Position numbers and translations under genes: made by a program. Under the pieces are notes generated by a model, which saw only the letters and a program-made list of their open reading frames with translations, was not told the DNA's origin and ran no database searches. A stretch of 48,718 nt of DNA from a virus (Duplodnaviria; Heunggongvirae; Uroviricota; Caudoviricetes): the IMG/VR virus record IMGVR_UViG_2597489870_000007, one strand, 5' to 3'. Position 1 is the stretch's first letter; each line of letters begins with the position of its first letter. Positions 43,089 through 48,718 of the stretch are shown piece after piece.

Positions 43089-43282
43089 TGAACAACTTAA
43101 TGACAACTAAACAAGTCGCCGACTTCTGTGGCGTTTCAGTATCGACCGTTCTTCGCTGGAACAGCGTAAACAGGAGAACTGGCCAGAAATACAGGCCTGA
43201 CTTTCCAGATCCTGATATTAAATCCTGCCCAAATAAATGGGCATCACGCAAGATATACAGGTTTGCTGGAGTTATTGAGTGA
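43088..43282 (+). CDS. AlpA-family transcriptional regulator / excisionase-like
   Basis: 64-aa ORF MNNLMTTKQVADFCGVSVSTVLRWNSVNRRTG..., HTH of the AlpA/Xis type, last gene before the integrase-proximal locus. Confidence 0.7.
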   Translation: MNNLMTTKQVADFCGVSVSTVLRWNSVNRRTGQKYRPDFPDPDIKSCPNKWASRKIYRFAGVIE

Positions 43283-43484
43283 TGGGTATTAGCTCATATC
43301 AGAACTAATACCCATCAATGACACAGAGCCAACTACCCACCCTGTGTCAGGGGCTAACTTTTAACACCATAATTCACCGCTAGATAAAAACTGTATTGCA
43401 TTGCACGAGCGGCGCAGCATTATCAGTTAGAGTGTCTTTACCTTGTTAGGCTCCACAGTTCGCACTGTCCAACGCCTGTCACTT

Positions 43485-46400
43485 TCACACGCTGCGCCTT
43501 CGAGAATATTCATTTAATCGCTGATAACGAACATCTTGCTCCAGTTGTGGAGCAGCTTGAACAATTTGAAGCAAGCATTGCCCCAACTCTCGAGGCCCCC
43601 AGTGTTGTTCGGCAATCACGGCATTCAGCAGGGATAGAGCGTCCGCAGGATATCGGCTGCAAATATCTGATTCTAGCAAAAGGCGAACGTCGTAGCTAAG
43701 GTGTTCGAGCGGTTGCAGCCAGTCCTGCACCACTGCCAAAGCCGCCGGAAATTCACCTCGGGCAGCAATCACCATACGAGTCAACGATTCGGATATGCGT
43801 GGGGTGGCCAAGTTGCGGGACTTTGGCCAAACCTGTTGCCAAAATGGCTGGACACGATTTTTCCAATACTCCTCGCGCTGATCGCCCGCACCTTCAAGTG
43901 CCTGGTATAACGCCTGCGCGGCTACCTCCAGACCTTCTTGTGGAAGAGCACTAATTGCCGTTCGGAACTCCTCCACGGTATATCCCTCGGTAGGGCCCAG
44001 AGCTGCATAAGTCAGGAAAATAGCGAATTGCTGCCGGTGCTCGCCAAGATCAGAATAGTGATTGGCGCTCTCCAAAAAATCTGACTTGAAAGCTATCAGC
44101 AACGGTTCATACAGGCGTGGCGACCAGAGGAAGCCTTCCCACACAGCTTTTGCTTCGACGGGATTACTCCAAGCAAACAAGGGCAATAGATACTGTTCGG
44201 TCCAAGGTCGATCTACGCGAAAAAATGCGATCAGCCGCGACCCCAGCAACACCCGACCATGGCGGAATAGCTCTATCTGTACATTACACAATTTGGTGAA
44301 AAGTGTTTTCAATTCAACAGGAAGCAAATCATTGTCATTCGGGTTCTGTTTGAACCATAGGGTGATCAGTGATTGCGTGACATGCCCAATGGGATGATTG
44401 ATCGCCGTAGAAACAGGATCATAGGTCTCAATTCCGTTTCGAATGGTGCTAGACTCTGGGCTTGTTTCTATCATCAGAACCCGACGACAAAGGGCCAGTA
44501 GAATCTCCTCGTGGCAGAGGATGGTCTTCGAAGCCTCCTCCATCCACCAAGTGACAGCGTGGGAAATCTCCTGAAGTACTGCGTCAGGCATGTCAAGCAC
44601 CAACGGTGCGGCGTACCGCCACGAACGCAAAATCATCCCTGGTTCAGCCCAAGTCTGCAGAGCTTCACGCCACCGACCAACAGGCCACACATCATCTTGT
44701 GATAGTTTACGTAACGCATACAGACTGTGAAAAAAGCGCGTACGGCAAACATCACTCCAAGTGTCCTCATAGAAAGGCAGTCTTTCTGGCATAGGCTTTG
44801 CGAGCCATTGCACTAATTCCTGCCACTTACGGGGCGCAATGTCGACATCTATACTCTCCTCGAAGCCTGGATCACCGGTTCCGCTCATCCAGTGAGAGAA
44901 TTCATCACGCTCGTTGGTTGCCAGTTGCCATTTTGGGTATGCTGTGGATATTTCCGTCAAACGTGTAGCCGCAGACTCTCCCAAAACAAGGCCCGCTCCC
45001 CTGAGCTTCGCTAGACACAACCAGACGGAATGAGCCACCAAATAATGCCACCTGTCTGCTTCCAAATTATCCTCGTACATCTCGCGCGGAGGCCCTGCCA
45101 AGATAGCAGTTTCCAGACGCTCTTGTGCAATTCCTGTCAGATGTCGTCCCTGCAAAACAAACAGTCTGAATACCTCTCGCCGAGTATCCGTGGCCCACAA
45201 CCACCATGAACCGTCCTCTAACAACCAATTAACCCACCGCTCAGGTGGTATGCAGTTGTCTTGGCTTGCGGCAAACAGTGCCAGACGTTTGAAGGTGGGA
45301 TATGGCAACTCAAACCAATTCTGAGCAATGCGCGAGGCCTGATCGCTGTCTTTGGCTCGAACGGCTAACCATGAATCCCGAAGTAATTCAATCAGGCTCA
45401 CCCAATCGCGGAACCCCCGGTTCTGCCAGTGCGGAGTGATGGACGGCAAATCCCAATGCGAGCGGTCGTGACGATCGTCGGACTCTCCCAACTCCCGCAA
45501 CAAGTCCAGTGCATCACGCAACAACTGCTGAAAATCTTCCAACAGGTATGGCAAGGACGATTTCCATGACTCGTCAGCAAGGTCGAACAGGGTTGAACGT
45601 ACGTAATCAGCAGTCAGCACCAGCTCCCAATCCACCAATTGCTTGATTCGCAAGGGTTCATCAGTGCTGCTCGAATCGTCTTCACTATAGCGAAACGGCC
45701 GCCTCAACATAACCTTGGGAGAAAGCAACCCGCGTAACTCCAAGCGCAATGTAGTCGTCAAGCCTTCATTCTTTAAGCGGTTTTGCCAACGATACAAATC
45801 CAGGTTCTGCAATGGCGATTTCACACGACCACTAAGCAGAAGCCGCCATAAAGTAGACATAGGTGGACCAGGAATAGCCAGGGGGGAATGCAAGAGAATT
45901 TCATCTAACTCAGAAGTCTTACGCTCCCGCATCAGTGCTGCTAAGCGATCTAGTTCGCTCTCAATCAGAAACATCCAACGGTCGTGTATTTGTCCGCCGC
46001 GTTCAGCAATCCATATGATCAACCTAGGGTCGCCCAGATAACGAACTAGCCAACGGGCTATATGGGACATTACGTCATCCCATTTGCTAGCACTGACACA
46101 TCCAGAAACCAGCGACATCTGCGGGGCCAGCTCATAGGGCGCAGGACGCTGAACCAGACTGAATCGGAGTTTCGGGTCAATTTCGACATGCGGAGATACA
46201 CAAAAGCGTGGCAGATCGCTGTATTTAAATCGTTCGTCCGAGAAAGCTTTCAATAACCAATCCAGCGGCGGTGCAGGATTGAGTTCCGCAAAGCGTTTTG
46301 CTGGTAAACCTGATTTATCTGACAAGGCCCACAACATCCGACCAACGAAATCGTCCTGACGAGTGCTGTCCTGCGGGCGGGCCAGAGCATGTTTGACGAC

Positions 46401-47312
46401 TATAGCCTTTTTGCCCTGTATACCATCTCGATAAGTATCTGCCCAAGCGTGCAACGTTTGATGCAGCACTGAATGATCAGTGGAGCCCGCCGGTACGGTG
46501 TAAAGGATAGGAGTGACCCCTTTGGCCTCCCACTCGATGGCTTTCCGGTGCTCCTGCCCCGGCTCACACTCCCCCAGTGCCCATACTTGTGGTGTGACTT
46601 CACCGAGCCTCCGATCTGCTGCAAGCGCATCCATCATGTAGCGCAGTACCGGGTCGTTGATGCTGTAGCCAACGAAGCAGACCACATAGTTACGAAATAA
46701 CTCACTCACAAAGCGAGCTGCCCAACGCTCAGTGAGATAAGCCAAGCCAAAGTCACCGCTGGTAACAACCAGACGATTCAGGGCAGTATCATCCGCCTTT
46801 TCCGGTAACAGCCCATGCAGGTATACAAGTCCATCCCAGCGGCTGTTTTTTGGAATTGGCAGCATCGGCGCTACATAGGCCTGAAAAGCCTGGCCTGTAC
46901 GTTTAGCTGCCACATGAAAGAGACGGTCAAAGTTGGTAGTGACCAATCGAAGGGCACCCTCGCGGCTACGGGCTAAACGTAACAGCGCCGCCTGAGTATC
47001 AATAGCGCCCCTACGACGGAGCTTTGGCTTAAGGGCTTTTTCCAACGCGCGTCGGACGGCTATACGCTGCCCTGGTAAGCGCCGTTCCAGCAAATCTAAT
47101 GTGCCGTCAAATTGCCCACGCTCGAAAACCTCACGCTCAATTTCTGAAAGTGTTGTTCCGTTCCTCTGGTAAATTAGTTCTACCAACCCTTTGAAACCAG
47201 GTAAACCAGCAGGGTAGGAAATGCCTGCTCCACAGAAGAACACAACGCGCCCTTCCTCGTGCGCCTGCAAAAACTCATCAGGAATATCAGGGCCGTTGGT
47301 AATGAATTGCAT
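43485..47312 (-). CDS. Large SIR2-domain protein (1,275 aa), candidate single-gene antiphage defence (DSR-like)
   Basis: Intact ORF with RBS GGAGGA. N-terminal 260 aa carry SIR2 signatures: VVFFCGAGISYPAGLPGF, TTNFDRL, VYLHGLL, CFVGYSINDP. The remaining 1,000 aa are Leu/Trp-rich with no Walker A motif. Sits between int and xis. Confidence 0.8.
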   Translation of the reverse strand: MQFITNGPDIPDEFLQAHEEGRVVFFCGAGISYPAGLPGFKGLVELIYQRNGTTLSEIEREVFERGQFDGTLDLLERRLPGQRIAVRRALEKALKPKLRRRGAIDTQAALLRLARSREGALRLVTTNFDRLFHVAAKRTGQAFQAYVAPMLPIPKNSRWDGLVYLHGLLPEKADDTALNRLVVTSGDFGLAYLTERWAARFVSELFRNYVVCFVGYSINDPVLRYMMDALAADRRLGEVTPQVWALGECEPGQEHRKAIEWEAKGVTPILYTVPAGSTDHSVLHQTLHAWADTYRDGIQGKKAIVVKHALARPQDSTRQDDFVGRMLWALSDKSGLPAKRFAELNPAPPLDWLLKAFSDERFKYSDLPRFCVSPHVEIDPKLRFSLVQRPAPYELAPQMSLVSGCVSASKWDDVMSHIARWLVRYLGDPRLIIWIAERGGQIHDRWMFLIESELDRLAALMRERKTSELDEILLHSPLAIPGPPMSTLWRLLLSGRVKSPLQNLDLYRWQNRLKNEGLTTTLRLELRGLLSPKVMLRRPFRYSEDDSSSTDEPLRIKQLVDWELVLTADYVRSTLFDLADESWKSSLPYLLEDFQQLLRDALDLLRELGESDDRHDRSHWDLPSITPHWQNRGFRDWVSLIELLRDSWLAVRAKDSDQASRIAQNWFELPYPTFKRLALFAASQDNCIPPERWVNWLLEDGSWWLWATDTRREVFRLFVLQGRHLTGIAQERLETAILAGPPREMYEDNLEADRWHYLVAHSVWLCLAKLRGAGLVLGESAATRLTEISTAYPKWQLATNERDEFSHWMSGTGDPGFEESIDVDIAPRKWQELVQWLAKPMPERLPFYEDTWSDVCRTRFFHSLYALRKLSQDDVWPVGRWREALQTWAEPGMILRSWRYAAPLVLDMPDAVLQEISHAVTWWMEEASKTILCHEEILLALCRRVLMIETSPESSTIRNGIETYDPVSTAINHPIGHVTQSLITLWFKQNPNDNDLLPVELKTLFTKLCNVQIELFRHGRVLLGSRLIAFFRVDRPWTEQYLLPLFAWSNPVEAKAVWEGFLWSPRLYEPLLIAFKSDFLESANHYSDLGEHRQQFAIFLTYAALGPTEGYTVEEFRTAISALPQEGLEVAAQALYQALEGAGDQREEYWKNRVQPFWQQVWPKSRNLATPRISESLTRMVIAARGEFPAALAVVQDWLQPLEHLSYDVRLLLESDICSRYPADALSLLNAVIAEQHWGPRELGQCLLQIVQAAPQLEQDVRYQRLNEYSRRRSV

Positions 47313-47494
47313 TCCTTTTCCTCCTATCCAATGTGCACGTTCATTCGAGTAAATGAAGGCAAGGGGTTACATCTTATTATACCGACCGTGCAAATCCGGC
47401 TTCCTAGCAAGCTACTTTACTTGCCAACTCATAATGTCCGAACTCCGAACAAAGCGGACTGCTAGATTTGATTGCGTTCTAGCTACGCAAAATA

Positions 47495-48718
47495 TCATTT
47501 CGAGCCTGAACGAGTACAAGTAACAATCGATTCAACTCTCTCCCACCATGCCTGGTAGGCTTTACGCTGTTCTTCTAGATAATCACTCTTGTCATAAACT
47601 TGCCATACACCTGGCAGTTTATGACCGAGCATTATTTCAGCAATATGAGGCGCAGTAAGATCAGAAAAGTTTGTTCGTGCTGTTCGTCTCAAATCATGAA
47701 GAGACCAGTGAGGAAATTGATACCCCAAACGCCGCCATGCGTACTGCATTAAATTGTAAGGCAGCGACTGCAATGATGTCCGACCAACTGGTTCCCTGCT
47801 TCCTTCCTTAGTAAAAAGCATATCGGAACCGTTGTTCATAGAGATAACGTATTTTATAAGCTCTTCAACCGGTTCAATAATGGGCCGCTTTAGCGGTTCG
47901 CCTGTTATATCCCCTGTCTTATGTCGTTCTGGTGGTACAGTCCATATTTTATTAATGAAATCAAAATCGTCCACCTTGGCAGTAATTAGCTCTGAACTAC
48001 GGCAACCAAAATGCAGCAATAGTTTAATGAAGGCCCGGTATTTAGGAACCATTCGAGAACCATCGATCGCAGCATAAAGGATTTTAATTTCATCATGTGT
48101 CAGAAACCGTTTCTTCTGACCTTTACGGATATCCATATCTTTACCCGTGATATCCGACAGCGGGCGAGTTTCAATGAGCTTTCTCTTATACGCCCAGACA
48201 TGGGCCTGCTTTGCGTTAATTAGCAATCGGTCTGCTATTGCTGGAGTCTTAGTGCTAAGAGGCTCCAGGACTTCTAACCAATCATGCAATGTAGCTGCAT
48301 CGTGAGGGATATTCCCGATTTTAGAGAACAGGTGCAGCTCAAACGAGCGGAGTATCTGTTCAGAACCTTTTTTATTTTTTACACAATATGCTTCATACCA
48401 AGCACGGATCACAGATTCTACCGTCATGGCTTCAGTAGCTTTACGTTTTTCTGCCAGCTTGACCAATCGTGGATTGCGGTTTGACTCGAGTTCACCACGA
48501 AGACGGATAACTTCTTCTCTGGCCTCTTTTAGTCCAGTTGCCGGGTAAGTTCCGATATCAAGACGCTCACCTTTCCCCGCCCACTGATAACGATATTGGA
48601 ACACTACGCGACCTTTCGGTGATACTCTAACAGACAGGCCATCACGATCGGATTTAACCAAAACCTTATCACGTTCCTTTCCAACGACTGAACGCAACCA
48701 CGCATCAGACAGCGCCAT
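47495..48718 (-). CDS. int: Tyrosine integrase (P4-like family)
   Basis: 407-aa ORF starting MALSDAWLRSVVGKERDKV with catalytic-region motifs (HDLRRT, MLGHKLPGVWQVYDK); start codon is the last three bases of the window, so att lies outside it. Confidence 0.9.
   Translation of the reverse strand: MALSDAWLRSVVGKERDKVLVKSDRDGLSVRVSPKGRVVFQYRYQWAGKGERLDIGTYPATGLKEAREEVIRLRGELESNRNPRLVKLAEKRKATEAMTVESVIRAWYEAYCVKNKKGSEQILRSFELHLFSKIGNIPHDAATLHDWLEVLEPLSTKTPAIADRLLINAKQAHVWAYKRKLIETRPLSDITGKDMDIRKGQKKRFLTHDEIKILYAAIDGSRMVPKYRAFIKLLLHFGCRSSELITAKVDDFDFINKIWTVPPERHKTGDITGEPLKRPIIEPVEELIKYVISMNNGSDMLFTKEGSREPVGRTSLQSLPYNLMQYAWRRLGYQFPHWSLHDLRRTARTNFSDLTAPHIAEIMLGHKLPGVWQVYDKSDYLEEQRKAYQAWWERVESIVTCTRSGSK

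Noticed and set aside
43485-47312. Classifying the SIR2 protein as a SIR2-STAND (Avs-type) NTPase or as Thoeris ThsA
   Set aside because: I found no Walker A P-loop (GxxxxGK[ST]) in the sequence, the protein is far longer than ThsA, and no TIR-domain ThsB partner gene is adjacent.

Overview
The whole window is one lambda-like (lambdoid) prophage, typical of Escherichia coli and relatives, with late genes on the minus strand. Reading left to right: a partial hexapeptide acyltransferase, then tfa, stf, lom, tail genes J-I-K-L-M-H-T/G-V-U-Z, head genes FII-FI-E-D-C-B-W-A-Nu1, a cos site, a phage-21-type lysis cassette (pinholin S, SAR endolysin R, Rz/Rz1), a DNA methyltransferase, Q, a nin-like region (DUF968/HNH, KilA-N, RusA, Dam), a replication module with an internal iteron origin, and a cro/cI immunity region. 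The plus-strand early-left operon resembles the CPS-53 yfdP-yfdQ-yfdR-yfdS module and ends in an AlpA/Xis-like gene. The prophage looks defective: stf carries a 5-bp tandem duplication frameshift, gene U is split by a 2,699-bp IS66-family element with an 8-bp target duplication, and the KilA-N gene is split by IS2 with a 5-bp target duplication. The main candidate for a novel system is an intact 1,275-aa protein with an N-terminal SIR2 domain (43485..47312), sitting alone between xis and a P4-type integrase; it resembles single-gene defence-associated sirtuins (DSR-like) but cannot be assigned to a family from sequence reading. All calls rest on the ORF track plus my recollection of lambda, phage 21 and CPS-53 proteins; no database search was run.
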